Source: a virus. Taken from it: a stretch of 64,000 nt of DNA. Made by a program: the position numbers and the translations under genes. Under the pieces are notes generated by a model. The model ran no database searches, had not been told where the DNA came from, and saw nothing but the letters and a program-made list of their open reading frames with translations. Location of the stretch: positions 3,254-67,253 of IMG/VR virus record IMGVR_UViG_3300010389_002125; one strand, given 5' to 3'. Shown here one piece after another: positions 19,685 through 29,699 of the stretch (position 1 is its first letter; the number at the start of each line of letters is the position of its first letter).

Positions 19685-20458
19685 GTGGCTTTTTCAACTT
19701 TAGTTAATAATTTTGTTGTTGGGATAAATAGTCTTCAAATAAAGTTTGTTCGTTCGGTGCAGATAAGTTCTCTTCTGGACGAGAATTTTGTCTTAACAAA
19801 AACAAGTGATCCATCTTCCCCTATAAGTTCACCATTTAGGGATATAAATACATTAATTCATTATAATTCAATAAGTCGTTCATTAACTTTATTTTGGAAT
19901 GTTGTACTAGATCCAAATACTGAATATACTGTTACGATAAATAATCTAAAAGATGGTGGAGGGTTAAGTATACCATCTGATAGTTTTAGTTTCACAACAC
20001 CAGAAACTTCAGCTACACCAAGTAGTTTAGTTGCTACTGGTACTGTTATTGAAGAAGTTTTAATTACAGATAAATCCGTAAAAGTAGATTTTGATACTGG
20101 CTATCAAATAATAGCAAAAAATCCTGAGTTTTATATAAAAGAAGTTCAGCCAGTTAATGGAGCTTTTTATATAGATAATGGAGAAAATGATGGAAGAGTG
20201 ATTATATCTTTCAATCAAAGACCGGCAAGTAACTATCTAAGCTCAAAGTATTTTAAGGTTCAGAGAAAGAAAATGCAGAGAGCACCTTCTAGATGGGAAA
20301 ATGTTACAACTCAGATATCTATGCATTCTTGGAAGCCTGATGTGTATATAGATTTTCCTTCTGATGATAGCACTCCAGTTTATTATATTGATGATAAAAC
20401 ATATTTTCAGACAGGATATAAATATAGGGTAATAGTTTCCTCGGAGGTTGGTGTTTAA
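19685..20458 (+). CDS. Virion protein with two Ig-like (Big_5-type) domains
   Basis: LDPNTEYTVTINNLKDGGG...FSFTT and FYIKEVQPVNG...VIISFN patterns. Confidence 0.65.
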   Translation: MAFSTLVNNFVVGINSLQIKFVRSVQISSLLDENFVLTKTSDPSSPISSPFRDINTLIHYNSISRSLTLFWNVVLDPNTEYTVTINNLKDGGGLSIPSDSFSFTTPETSATPSSLVATGTVIEEVLITDKSVKVDFDTGYQIIAKNPEFYIKEVQPVNGAFYIDNGENDGRVIISFNQRPASNYLSSKYFKVQRKKMQRAPSRWENVTTQISMHSWKPDVYIDFPSDDSTPVYYIDDKTYFQTGYKYRVIVSSEVGV

Positions 20459-20868
20459 TGGCTAATCAACTATATAAGGGAATCAAGGAAGATTTCTTGA
20501 ATGGAACAATAAATCTTTTATCAGTAAATTTACGCGTTGCCCTAGTTAAGAATGGTTATTCTATAGATATAGATAATGATCAGTATGTATCTGATGTTGG
20601 TTCGGAAAACATAGCTGCTAGAAGTAATATTTTAGAAAAAATATCAATAACAGATGGTATATTAGATGCTGAAAATGAAACCATAGAAAATTATGGGACA
20701 AGTGGTTTTGATTACCTAATAATCTATGAGTCTACTGGTGACGATAGCACCTCTAGGTTGATAGCTTATATTGATACTGGAGATGGTTTACCTGTAGCTA
20801 GTACTTCGGAAACTATTTCTATTACTATACAATGGAGCGATTTAGTTACAAAGATATTTAGCTTATAA
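20458..20868 (+). CDS. 136-aa virion structural protein
   Basis: LYKGIKEDFLNGTINLLSVNLRVALV...LDAEN...SRLIAYID...ITIQW resembles small minor structural proteins of tailed phages. Confidence 0.55.
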   Translation: MANQLYKGIKEDFLNGTINLLSVNLRVALVKNGYSIDIDNDQYVSDVGSENIAARSNILEKISITDGILDAENETIENYGTSGFDYLIIYESTGDDSTSRLIAYIDTGDGLPVASTSETISITIQWSDLVTKIFSL

Positions 20869-20877
20869 GGAAATTAC

Positions 20878-21216
20878 ATGGCAACACAATATCCTAATTC
20901 TTTAGATGTACTTAATAACCCATCATCTACTGATAGGTTAGATTCACCAACTGTACCTCACCATGAGCAGCATTCTAATGCTAACGATGCAATAGAAGCT
21001 ATACAAACTGTTATTGGTGTAAATCCAGCTGGTGGTCACTTAACGGTAAAGGACAGAATTATAGCAGCTGAAACAGATATAGTTAATCAGTCTGTTCTAA
21101 ATGGGCTTACTGATGTTACTATTGGTACAGCGAATGGTGGAGACATTTTGCGTTACTCAGGAACTGAATGGGTAAATTATCCAGAAGAAAATCTTGTTGA
21201 TGGAGGAAACTTTTAA
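20878..21216 (+). CDS. 112-aa fibre adaptor-like protein ending in DGGNF
   Basis: [10 protein letters not shown]...[16 protein letters not shown] coiled segment, LNGLTDVTI...[13 protein letters not shown] fibre repeat. Confidence 0.55.
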   Translation: MATQYPNSLDVLNNPSSTDRLDSPTVPHHEQHSNANDAIEAIQTVIGVNPAGGHLTVKDRIIAAETDIVNQSVLNGLTDVTIGTANGGDILRYSGTEWVNYPEENLVDGGNF

Positions 21217-21218
21217 AC

Positions 21219-23318
21219 ATGGCTAATACAATTAGAATTAAAAGAAGGTCTAGCGGTGATTCAGGTGCACCTAGTTCACTTGAAAACGCGGAGCTAGCAT
21301 TTAATGAAGTAGATGATGTACTTTACTATGGTGAGGGCACCGGTGGTGCTGGTGGTACCGCTACTTCAATATTGGCCATTGGTGGTTCTGGTGCGTTTAT
21401 AACAAGATCCACGAGTCAAACCGTTAGTGGTGATAAAACATTTTCTGGAACACTTACATTTAATGGTGGTAATGACTTTACTTCTGGAACTATTCAGGCC
21501 CCTACTCGTACTGCTGGTGATAGCACTACACATGTTGCAACTACAGCATTTGTGACAACAGCTTTGGCGGCTGGTAACAATTTAAATGTCGCAGGAGATA
21601 ATGTTGGCACAACAGGTGGATTCGTAGTTGATCTAGGTGACGGGGATGTTCTAACAATTGCAGGTGATGGAACAACTGGAATATCTACTGATGATAGTAC
21701 TTCTGGAACAGTGCTTATCAGTCTTGATAATACTACCGTTACGGCAGGTAGTTACGGTTCATCAACTGCAATACCTACCTTTACAGTTGATGATCAAGGT
21801 AGACTAACAGCAGCAGGAACTGTAGATGTTGCTACAACATTGAGCATTGCGGACGACAATCTTAATAGTGATACTGTTGACCTTTTAAATGATACACTAA
21901 CATTTTCTGAGGGTGAAGGTATTGACATCACAGTATCTGATAACTCGGTGACAATATCTGGCGAAGATGCCACAACTACCAATAAAGGTATAGCCTCTTT
22001 CGCTACTGCAGACTTTACTGTATCGACTGGCGCAGTAAGTATTAAAAATGTTAATCTAACAACTCAAACAACTGGTGACTACGTTGCTACTATTGCTGGA
22101 ACCACTAATCAGGTAATTGTTTCTGGAGCAGGAACTGAAGGCAGAGCTGTTACCTTATCTCTTCCTCAAGATATTCATTCTGGTGCTAGCCCGACTTTTG
22201 TGGGGTTGACTCTTACAGGTAGTGCTACAATTTCTGGAGATGTTGCTGTTAATGGTGGGAATATAACTACTACCGCAGCAACCATGAATATAGCAACCTC
22301 AAATGCAACCACTATAAATCTTGGGACATCAGGAGCCACTGCTGTTAATATAGGTTCTTCGGCTTCTACTGTAACTGTTAATGACGATCTAGATGTTGCA
22401 GGTGATACTACTTTAACTGGTGATCTAGCTGTTAATGGTGGAGATATAACTACCACTTCTACAACAGGTAATATATTCACCACAAATGCAACTACCTTAA
22501 ATATCGGAACAACAGACGCAGGTGCTATCAGTATAGGTGCTACAGTCTCAACCACTACAGTTAATGACGATCTTGTAGTCGGTGGGGACCTTACGGTTCA
22601 TGGCACTACGACTACAGTTAACTCAACTACTGTAACTGTTGATGACAAGAACATAGAATTAGGTTCTACAGATACACCTACAGATGCAACTGCAGACGGT
22701 GGTGGTATAACTCTTAAGGGTGATACTGATAAGACATTTAACTGGGTAGATGCGACAGATTCTTGGACTTCTTCTGAGCATTTAGATCTAGCCTCAGGTA
22801 AGGCTTATTATATTAATAATGCAAGCGTACTTAGCTCAAATACTTTGGGCTCTGGTGTTGTAAATTCAAGTCTTGAAACAGTTGGCACAATAAATACTGG
22901 CACGTGGCAAGGCACTATAGTCGCACCCACTTATGGTGGAACAGGTGTCAATAATGGAGCCAGTACAATAACGGTTGGTGGTAACTTAGAATTCTCTGGG
23001 GCTTATGCAACAACTATAACTGTTACAGATGCAACTTCAGTAACGATGCCAACGACTGGTACTTTGGCAACATTGACAAATACCGAGACACTTAGCAATA
23101 AGACAATAACTAACTCAAGCATAGGTTCTGTAGATCCATCTACTGCTGCTTTCACAACTTTAACAGCTAGTGGTGCAACGACATTGACAGCTAACACCGC
23201 ATCTAGCTCATATACTACTGGAACTTTAGTTGTTACTGGTGGTGTAGGTATATCTGGTGCCCTTTATGGTAATAGCTCTGATTTAGAGGGTTTTCTTATA
23301 GACGGTGGAACATTCTGA
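21219..23318 (+). CDS. 699-aa Thr/Gly-rich fibre protein with Mtd_N-like N-terminal domain (possible head/neck fibre)
   Basis: TIRIKRR...[23 protein letters not shown]-terminus, ATTAFV and [13 protein letters not shown] fibre motifs, tandem ~61-aa repeat, C-terminal IDGGTF. Confidence 0.75.
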   Translation: MANTIRIKRRSSGDSGAPSSLENAELAFNEVDDVLYYGEGTGGAGGTATSILAIGGSGAFITRSTSQTVSGDKTFSGTLTFNGGNDFTSGTIQAPTRTAGDSTTHVATTAFVTTALAAGNNLNVAGDNVGTTGGFVVDLGDGDVLTIAGDGTTGISTDDSTSGTVLISLDNTTVTAGSYGSSTAIPTFTVDDQGRLTAAGTVDVATTLSIADDNLNSDTVDLLNDTLTFSEGEGIDITVSDNSVTISGEDATTTNKGIASFATADFTVSTGAVSIKNVNLTTQTTGDYVATIAGTTNQVIVSGAGTEGRAVTLSLPQDIHSGASPTFVGLTLTGSATISGDVAVNGGNITTTAATMNIATSNATTINLGTSGATAVNIGSSASTVTVNDDLDVAGDTTLTGDLAVNGGDITTTSTTGNIFTTNATTLNIGTTDAGAISIGATVSTTTVNDDLVVGGDLTVHGTTTTVNSTTVTVDDKNIELGSTDTPTDATADGGGITLKGDTDKTFNWVDATDSWTSSEHLDLASGKAYYINNASVLSSNTLGSGVVNSSLETVGTINTGTWQGTIVAPTYGGTGVNNGASTITVGGNLEFSGAYATTITVTDATSVTMPTTGTLATLTNTETLSNKTITNSSIGSVDPSTAAFTTLTASGATTLTANTASSSYTTGTLVVTGGVGISGALYGNSSDLEGFLIDGGTF
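22236..22595 (+). repeat. Two tandem ~61-aa intragenic repeats in the fibre
   Basis: [13 protein letters not shown]...[11 protein letters not shown] and [13 protein letters not shown]...[11 protein letters not shown]. Confidence 0.8.
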
Positions 23319-23334
23319 TAAGTAGGTTTTCGTT

Positions 23335-23706
23335 ATGCAATACAATGAAGGCGTAACGTATGATGAGCCATATTTTCAGTATAACGGCGTAAGGGTAGTT
23401 GAACCTTCAACATTTGGACCTACTGCTAGTATATCTAATATAGATATACGTAAAGTTGTAATTCTTCATCCTGAAAGTCTTACTTCTAAGCTTGTTTTTA
23501 TTGGTGTAGATAAAGTAATAATAGTTACTGGTCAAGAGCAGGTTACAGAGTCAACAGCTGTAATGACTTTTGAGACTTTTGATAGCGGTTATATAGCGTT
23601 TAGTGTTGAAGAGCGGGAAGCCTATGCTATCTCCTCTGCAGAAACTATTATTCTAGAAGATAATTCAGCTGGAACAACTGACGTTACTATTATACCAACA
23701 GCTTAG
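23335..23706 (+). CDS. 123-aa acidic hypothetical structural protein
   Basis: Operonic ORF in the neck region. Confidence 0.6.
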   Translation: MQYNEGVTYDEPYFQYNGVRVVEPSTFGPTASISNIDIRKVVILHPESLTSKLVFIGVDKVIIVTGQEQVTESTAVMTFETFDSGYIAFSVEEREAYAISSAETIILEDNSAGTTDVTIIPTA

Positions 23707-23718
23707 AATAGAGGAATT

Positions 23719-24621
23719 ATGTCGACACAAAAAGTCTTGGTAAATGATACGGTTAGGATTAGGGTTCGATTTGTAGATATAAACCCTAGTACTGGTGAAG
23801 AAGAGGATTTGAATCCTATATCTGTTGTTGTTGAAATAAAAGATTCTTCTGGAAATGTTGTTATAGACGAGGATGCAGATCCACAAGAAGATGCGTCTTC
23901 TTTTTATTATGATTTTATTCCAACTTCTGCTAGTGAATATAATGTAAAGTTCTCTGGTATTTTAGATAACGGTAATACTGTTATTGTACAGCAAAAGCTT
24001 TATGTTAGTACGACTACTGAAACTTATCAGCCCTTAGTTACATTGGGTGCAGATGAGCATATAGTTTTTGCTGCAGATGTTGATCCTCTTTATGTCGATC
24101 CTGATGAGCTCCTTCCTTACTTTCCGGATGCAACTTTGTTGGAAATAGGTGAGATTGTTCATATGTATTCCGAAGAAGTTAAGAAGTTGTATAAGCTTAG
24201 GAATGACCAGGATGTTTCCGAGTTGCCGACTATAGTATATGATTATATTAAAGCTGCTACAGCGTGTGATCTTACTAGGACTTATGGCTTCGGTGGTGAT
24301 GATGAAATGTCTATAACATTGGGAGATCTTTCTATTAACAATAGGAACGTTCCCAGAAATACTGTAACGAGAGATAATGCTTCCACCTGGTGTCAAATAT
24401 CTGCAGCTTTGAGAAAAGAGTTAATATCCGCTAAGGTTGGGCCAAGATCTATTGTTCCAAGAGGTGTTCCTGGTGAAAGTATTGGTACTTCTGGAGGTGT
24501 TAAGGATCCCGAGACTGGCAAGATTGTGTACCTTTCGGATAGAGAGCTGTACGGTCCTGGAAGGCAGCCTCCTAGAGATAAAGACCAAATGCCGCAGAGA
24601 GATTTAAGAAGTTATGATTGA
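23719..24621 (+). CDS. Head-tail adaptor/neck protein with N-terminal Ig-like domain
   Basis: Beta-sandwich N-terminus, helical adaptor-like part with MSITLGDLSI hairpin; synteny. Confidence 0.6.
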   Translation: MSTQKVLVNDTVRIRVRFVDINPSTGEEEDLNPISVVVEIKDSSGNVVIDEDADPQEDASSFYYDFIPTSASEYNVKFSGILDNGNTVIVQQKLYVSTTTETYQPLVTLGADEHIVFAADVDPLYVDPDELLPYFPDATLLEIGEIVHMYSEEVKKLYKLRNDQDVSELPTIVYDYIKAATACDLTRTYGFGGDDEMSITLGDLSINNRNVPRNTVTRDNASTWCQISAALRKELISAKVGPRSIVPRGVPGESIGTSGGVKDPETGKIVYLSDRELYGPGRQPPRDKDQMPQRDLRSYD

Positions 24622-24982
24622 TGTCAGGAGAACTTTTAGGCAGATATTGAAACAATGGGGCCATGATGTTCACATTCAAAGAATCTTAAGTAATGGAAAT
24701 TATTCTGATAAATTAGAGAGGGTAACAACAAGGCAGCTTGGACAAACTGGTGCTTTGAATGCAAATTCGGTTCAAGAATTAGAAGCAGGAGTTTTTACTA
24801 AGTATGATGCAGTTTATTATTTTGAATCTACTGTTAATCCTAAAGAAGGTGATAGAATCTATGAGTCTGTATCTGTTAAGGTGAATAAATCATCAACTCG
24901 ATTTAGAATAGATACCGCAACTGGAATTAGAGGTAGGCTCGGTAAGATTGATTACTGGATAGTTGGAGCCACAAGAGAATGA
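24614..24982 (+). CDS. Head closure/stopper protein
   Basis: ILKQWGHDVHIQR...YYFESTVNPKEGDRI pattern; follows the adaptor. Confidence 0.6.
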   Translation: MIDVRRTFRQILKQWGHDVHIQRILSNGNYSDKLERVTTRQLGQTGALNANSVQELEAGVFTKYDAVYYFESTVNPKEGDRIYESVSVKVNKSSTRFRIDTATGIRGRLGKIDYWIVGATRE

Positions 24983-24989
24983 GACTAAA

Positions 24990-26582
24990 ATGATTAAGGT
25001 ATATAATAATCAAAAAGTGAATTTTAAGTTTGTTTTTGCGTCAGAACTTAATATATATAATCCGCTGTCTCTTTCTACTCCTAAAGAGGTAATTATAAAT
25101 GTTTATAGAGGTGATGGAACGTCTGGTTCTGTAGTAGCTGGTCCTTTTTCTTCAGTTTATCAAGATTCTGAGGTTAATGAAGATTCTTTTATATCCGAAA
25201 GCGTTTATGGTGAGATTGTTTTTTCATACAGAATCCCTACTACTCTTTTTGATGGATCATACACTGTACAGGCTACAGTAGAGGGCCCGGATGGGCGCTT
25301 ATTGAGGTCTTACTCTTATTTTCAGGTGGCTAAAACAGAAACATCTTTATCTCCTGTTGTAATGTCGAATAATACTAGTTCAGTGGTCAATTATAGACCT
25401 GAGTATAAGCAGCTATTAAGAACTAACCACAGCACACTGCTTCTGATAGGGCACGCTGATGGTGTTGAATTGAATCAACCTTTTAGAGTTAGAAGTATTC
25501 AACATGCTATTGATTCACTTGGTGCAGATTTTAACTCTCCTCTTTTGAGAGGAATATTGAACGCTTATGCAGCCGGTGCAACTGACATGGTGGCTTGTGC
25601 GGCAGCTCCTATGTATGAGTATGTTGACGACTTTAACTACAGACTTCAGTCTGGAAATGTTTTTGATTACCAGGGTAATTCTTTAAGTAAAACATTTTAT
25701 CAAAGATACTATGAAAGACTAGAGGATACATATGCAGCGATTGGTGAATTGGATTTTATAGATGTTGTTACCCCTTTGCAGGCATCGATAATAAGAACAG
25801 ATAGCTATGACTTTATAAGTCAGTTAGCTCAGTATTGTTATAATTTCAATGTTAATACTGGTTTTGTTCAGATGGGTGTTATTGGTTCTAGGACTAACGG
25901 ATTTAATTCTTTAGATGTTGATTTAATGGAACAAAACTCAGTTCTAAAAGATAAGCTTACCACTTACTCTGGTGGCTTGGTATCTTCTGATGTTGGTAGG
26001 TTTGTGGTCCCTATTTATGGAGAGTGTCTGTATAGTCATCCTCAAATAAGATACACCTACGTTGACTCAGTTGCTGCATCGTACGCAGCGATGCTGGTTT
26101 CAAATAATTTAGGAACTTCTTTAATAAGAAAAAGAGTTCCTGGAGCTATTTCTGCTTTTGGTTCAGATTTAAGTCATTCTGAATACTCAAGACTGGATGA
26201 TCTTGGTGTTAATACCATTTATAGGGGCAAGAAGACTAAGAGAAATATTGATTTTGAGGTGTATGTTACGAATGATTATACGCTAGCAAGAGCTGGAAAT
26301 ACTTTGCAGAAGGCGCAGCAGATGAGGTTAATGGCTAAATTAATTAATGAAGTAAAAGTATATGCGTCTCAAGCAATTGGGCGATTATCTTATGACGCAG
26401 CTAGTGATAAGGTTAGAAATATGTTAGACAATTTAGTATCGGATGGCGCGATAAACGATTACAGTTTCAATGTTAGTACTGATCCGTTAAGAATTGGATA
26501 TCTAATATTTGACATAGAAGTTTTGTCTTCTTTAGGTCTTAAGAAAATAGATTTTTCTTTGTCAGCAGGTCCGGGGGCATGA
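24990..26582 (+). CDS. Tail sheath paralog with N-terminal Ig-like domain (start probably ATG 24990 rather than TTG 24963)
   Basis: LLLIGHADG...AIDSLG...SPLLRGILNAYAAGA and C-terminal RLDDLGVNTI...MRLMAKLINEV...NMLDNLVSDGAINDYSF align by eye with the 414-aa sheath. Confidence 0.7.
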   Translation: MIKVYNNQKVNFKFVFASELNIYNPLSLSTPKEVIINVYRGDGTSGSVVAGPFSSVYQDSEVNEDSFISESVYGEIVFSYRIPTTLFDGSYTVQATVEGPDGRLLRSYSYFQVAKTETSLSPVVMSNNTSSVVNYRPEYKQLLRTNHSTLLLIGHADGVELNQPFRVRSIQHAIDSLGADFNSPLLRGILNAYAAGATDMVACAAAPMYEYVDDFNYRLQSGNVFDYQGNSLSKTFYQRYYERLEDTYAAIGELDFIDVVTPLQASIIRTDSYDFISQLAQYCYNFNVNTGFVQMGVIGSRTNGFNSLDVDLMEQNSVLKDKLTTYSGGLVSSDVGRFVVPIYGECLYSHPQIRYTYVDSVAASYAAMLVSNNLGTSLIRKRVPGAISAFGSDLSHSEYSRLDDLGVNTIYRGKKTKRNIDFEVYVTNDYTLARAGNTLQKAQQMRLMAKLINEVKVYASQAIGRLSYDAASDKVRNMLDNLVSDGAINDYSFNVSTDPLRIGYLIFDIEVLSSLGLKKIDFSLSAGPGA

Positions 26583-26583
26583 A

Positions 26584-27540
26584 ATGGTAATGAGGTATAA
26601 TACTTTTCCTAACTTTTCAGAATGGAATAGATTTCCTAAGAATCCTTTAGTGGCACCAGGGTTTAGTAGAACTAATTCTGAAGGTGTGGAAGAAATATAT
26701 TCTGGAGCTTTAAGTTATCTGGAATTCGTACAAATAGTTAAAAAAGTTTGGGAAGAACTTCATCCAGAAATCATAATGATTCCCTATAATCCAAACAGAG
26801 ATATAAGTACATCTTACAATGAAACTGTTGCAACAACTACATCTGCAAATGTTCCAGGACTTGTTCCATCAGATTATCCTCCAATAACTATTGGTTACTC
26901 ATTGGAGTTAAGAAAGCCTCATACTATGGACCCAAAGCCAAGAATGAGGAATCAAATGATTGACACTCAAGATAGATCTATAACTATTTATGGTCAGAAG
27001 TTTCAAAATATTGTTAGTTTCACAGTAATGGCTGAGGTTGGAACATTTTTTGGTCCCAATAAAGACCAGGTTTTAGATGACCAAGATGCTTCTGTTGTGG
27101 TTGATCAAATCATGGAAGAATTTGAATATTTTATGGTGGAGCATACTCCTATATTTAAAGCAGCTGGGGCGTCAGATTTGGTTTATGCAAGAAGGGTTTC
27201 TGACTCGGATCTAAATAAAGATGGTAAGGATATTCTTCAAAGACAAGTTATGTATATGTTAACAACAGAAAAGACTTATGCAATCGAGAACGCTAGGATT
27301 CAAAAAGTTGCTGTTGATGTAAGAACTTGGCTGAAAGACGCGTATTCTGCGACACCATCTTATCAGGTTGACGAAGTTGGGTCTGAAGAAATTATTAGAG
27401 ATTCTGAGACATATACTAGAGTTAACAGTATAGATAACGATGGGCATCCAACATATGAGGTTATTTCAGATTCAGAACTGATAATTAGAGACCATTTTCA
27501 AATGTCAACACCTGATGATTCTGCCACTCCAAGTAGCTAA
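26584..27540 (+). CDS. Tail terminator/completion protein
   Basis: Directly before sheath/tube; YGQKFQNIVSFTVMA...FEYFM...LQRQVMYML pattern. Confidence 0.55.
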   Translation: MVMRYNTFPNFSEWNRFPKNPLVAPGFSRTNSEGVEEIYSGALSYLEFVQIVKKVWEELHPEIIMIPYNPNRDISTSYNETVATTTSANVPGLVPSDYPPITIGYSLELRKPHTMDPKPRMRNQMIDTQDRSITIYGQKFQNIVSFTVMAEVGTFFGPNKDQVLDDQDASVVVDQIMEEFEYFMVEHTPIFKAAGASDLVYARRVSDSDLNKDGKDILQRQVMYMLTTEKTYAIENARIQKVAVDVRTWLKDAYSATPSYQVDEVGSEEIIRDSETYTRVNSIDNDGHPTYEVISDSELIIRDHFQMSTPDDSATPSS

Positions 27541-27596
27541 ATCTTTGTATAGAAATATATATATTTTTTTTTGAAAAAAGTATGGATGGTTGTTTT

Positions 27597-27616
27597 TATA
27601 AGTTCTTCGTTACTAT
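27597..27616 (+). promoter_or_regulatory. Putative late promoter (TATAA-N9-TACTAT) for the sheath/tube operon
   Basis: TTACTAT at 27610-27616 in a 118-nt AT-rich intergenic region; GGAGGT SD downstream. Confidence 0.55.
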
Positions 27617-27658
27617 ATTTAAAGATTCATAATCCTTAGCTGGAGGTCTTAAAACAAT

Positions 27659-28903
27659 ATGGCTATACCTGGAGTAACTACAACAATTAGAGATCGTTTT
27701 TATACGGTTTCAAGAAGCGATTCGCCAACTGGACCTAGAGTTGTCGCTATCGCAAAACGCTCAACCGTTGATGGCACTGGTGACATACAGGATCTTGACG
27801 TAGTTAGAGCATTAAATGAAGCAGATGTTATAACTGCTTTTGGCGACGGTTCCGATCTTCACAGAGCATTTGTGGAGTTGGTTACATCTGGCGCTGAAAG
27901 AGTTTACCTTGTCCCTCTTCCAGAAGACACTGATTTTGATCATTCCACTGGAGCATTAACTTCTTCTTCGCATGGTGGTGATGTTTTCGATGCAGCCTTT
28001 GCTGCAGCTGAAGCTGCTATTCCTGACATTATTGTCGCTTGGGGTAGAGGCGGTCACCCAGATGACTGGGAAGATCCAGCTACTCCGTCAAACGATGCAG
28101 AGTTTGGCTTCCATGCGGACAATAGTCCAACTGTAACTTCTAACTGGGCATACAAAGTTGGCGCAGCATGTAAGACAATCTCGGAAAATACAAACCCCTG
28201 CATAGGCGTTATTGGCGTGAAGCCATATTATGGTACAGCTGAGAAGATGACTCCTGGTCAAACATCAACACATTTGACATTGGATAAATTGCCTGATAGA
28301 GATGGTAGTGATTTATTCAAATCTGTCGGGTCATATATTACAGTGGTTGCTGGTGAAGTTAAGCCTATAAATTACACGTCAGGTGGTACAGATTTTGGGT
28401 ATTCAAATGCGGCGTGTTCGCTTGCTGCAACAATGAGCACTCTTCCTTCTTACACCTCGTTGATTAATAAGCCACTTTACAATGTTGAGTCAGTTCGCTA
28501 CTCTCCAACTAGAACACAGCAGGCCAACTTGGCTTCGAAAGGTGTAAATCCTGTTATAATAAACTTTAACAAGGTTGCCGTTTTCGGTGAAAGTCTTACT
28601 TTTGCTCAGACTACGTCTGACTATACTCGTTTGACAACAAAGAGAATTATTGACGATTCGACTAGCATTGTTAGACAGGTCTGCCAAAGATTTATTGGTA
28701 TGCCTTCAAATGTTCAGACCAGAAATGCTATGGAAACAGCTATTACTTCTGGTTTGCGTGGTATGCAGTTACGCGGTGCAATCCTTTCGAGCGATTTTAC
28801 TGTTACTTACATACCAAATGAGAACAAGGCAATTATCGACCTTGTTTTGACACCCGCATTCGAACTTAAGAATATCGAAGTTCGAGTAGCAATAACATTA
28901 TAA
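27659..28903 (+). CDS. Contractile tail sheath protein
   Basis: MAIPGV N-terminus, AFGDGSDL, C-terminal LASKGVNPV...RLTTKRIID...FIGMP...IDLVLTPAFELKNIEVRV. Confidence 0.9.
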   Translation: MAIPGVTTTIRDRFYTVSRSDSPTGPRVVAIAKRSTVDGTGDIQDLDVVRALNEADVITAFGDGSDLHRAFVELVTSGAERVYLVPLPEDTDFDHSTGALTSSSHGGDVFDAAFAAAEAAIPDIIVAWGRGGHPDDWEDPATPSNDAEFGFHADNSPTVTSNWAYKVGAACKTISENTNPCIGVIGVKPYYGTAEKMTPGQTSTHLTLDKLPDRDGSDLFKSVGSYITVVAGEVKPINYTSGGTDFGYSNAACSLAATMSTLPSYTSLINKPLYNVESVRYSPTRTQQANLASKGVNPVIINFNKVAVFGESLTFAQTTSDYTRLTTKRIIDDSTSIVRQVCQRFIGMPSNVQTRNAMETAITSGLRGMQLRGAILSSDFTVTYIPNENKAIIDLVLTPAFELKNIEVRVAITL

Positions 28904-28936
28904 TAGCCTACATAAAATACCGATTGGAGGGTAAAA

Positions 28937-29611
28937 ATGGCTGAAGGAGATAACGTTCAGAAATATCTGAACACTTACACAACTTTCTCTGGTGCAGATA
29001 TTGTTGCCACTTTTGGTGGCGTTGAAATTGGTGCTCTTTCTGGTATCACTTTCTCAGTCACTAGAGAAAAAGCTCCCATATACACTATGGGTTCACCTAA
29101 TCCTCGTTCTTTCTCAAGGGGTAAGAGGGGTATCGCTGGTTCGTTAATCTTTACGGTTTTCGATAGACCAGCTCTCTATAAGATGATAGCAGAGAATGCT
29201 GACACAAATAGAAGTCAATGGTTCTACACTAGAAGCCATAACACAATTCCGGGTGACAGCAATCACTCAAGAGGAATTGTTGATTCTGAAAACTATGGCA
29301 CTGGTGTATCTAGAAAGCTTCCTTACTACGCTGATCAGATTCCACCTTTTGATATCACTATTACCTTTGCTAACGAGTACGGTCAGGCCGCTGTTCGTTC
29401 AATATACGGAGTTGAGCTGCTCAATGAGGGCTCTGGTGCTTCGATGGATGACATCGTGATAGAAGAGACAATGACTTATGTCGCTAGAGAGCTTGGGCCT
29501 ATGTTCACGCTTGATATCGACAATTCAGCTGGTGTAGATAATTCTGGTTTAATTAACGAGAGATTTACCTCAACAATAAATGACGGTCAAGGTTCAATTT
29601 ATCAAGACTGA
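28937..29611 (+). CDS. Major tail tube protein
   Basis: FSGADI...REKAPIYTMG...RGKRGIAGSLIFTVFD...IPPFDITITFANEYG; follows the sheath; followed by a terminator. Confidence 0.82.
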   Translation: MAEGDNVQKYLNTYTTFSGADIVATFGGVEIGALSGITFSVTREKAPIYTMGSPNPRSFSRGKRGIAGSLIFTVFDRPALYKMIAENADTNRSQWFYTRSHNTIPGDSNHSRGIVDSENYGTGVSRKLPYYADQIPPFDITITFANEYGQAAVRSIYGVELLNEGSGASMDDIVIEETMTYVARELGPMFTLDIDNSAGVDNSGLINERFTSTINDGQGSIYQD

Positions 29612-29648
29612 TAGTATTTTAAGTGCCTAGGCGCTGTTTAGCTTTAAG

Positions 29649-29684
29649 AGATGCACGGGGGTTGTCCCCCGTGCATCTTTATTT
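29649..29684 (+). terminator. Intrinsic terminator after the tail tube gene
   Basis: Perfect 13-bp stem AGATGCACGGGGG-TTGT-CCCCCGTGCATCT followed by TTATTT. Confidence 0.85.
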
Positions 29685-29699
29685 AAGGAGATAATATAA

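Noticed and set aside
21219-23318. Diversity-generating retroelement target, suggested by the Mtd_N-like domain
   Set aside because: No reverse transcriptase, no TR/VR repeat pair and no C-type lectin C-terminus visible in the window.
24963-24989. TTG start at 24963 for the sheath paralog
   Set aside because: Overlaps the upstream gene by 20 nt; ATG 24990 just after the upstream stop is more plausible.
27541-27580. AT palindrome AAATATATATATTT and T/A tracts upstream of the sheath promoter
   Set aside because: Low-complexity AT sequence; could be an UP element or weak terminator but not distinguishable from chance.
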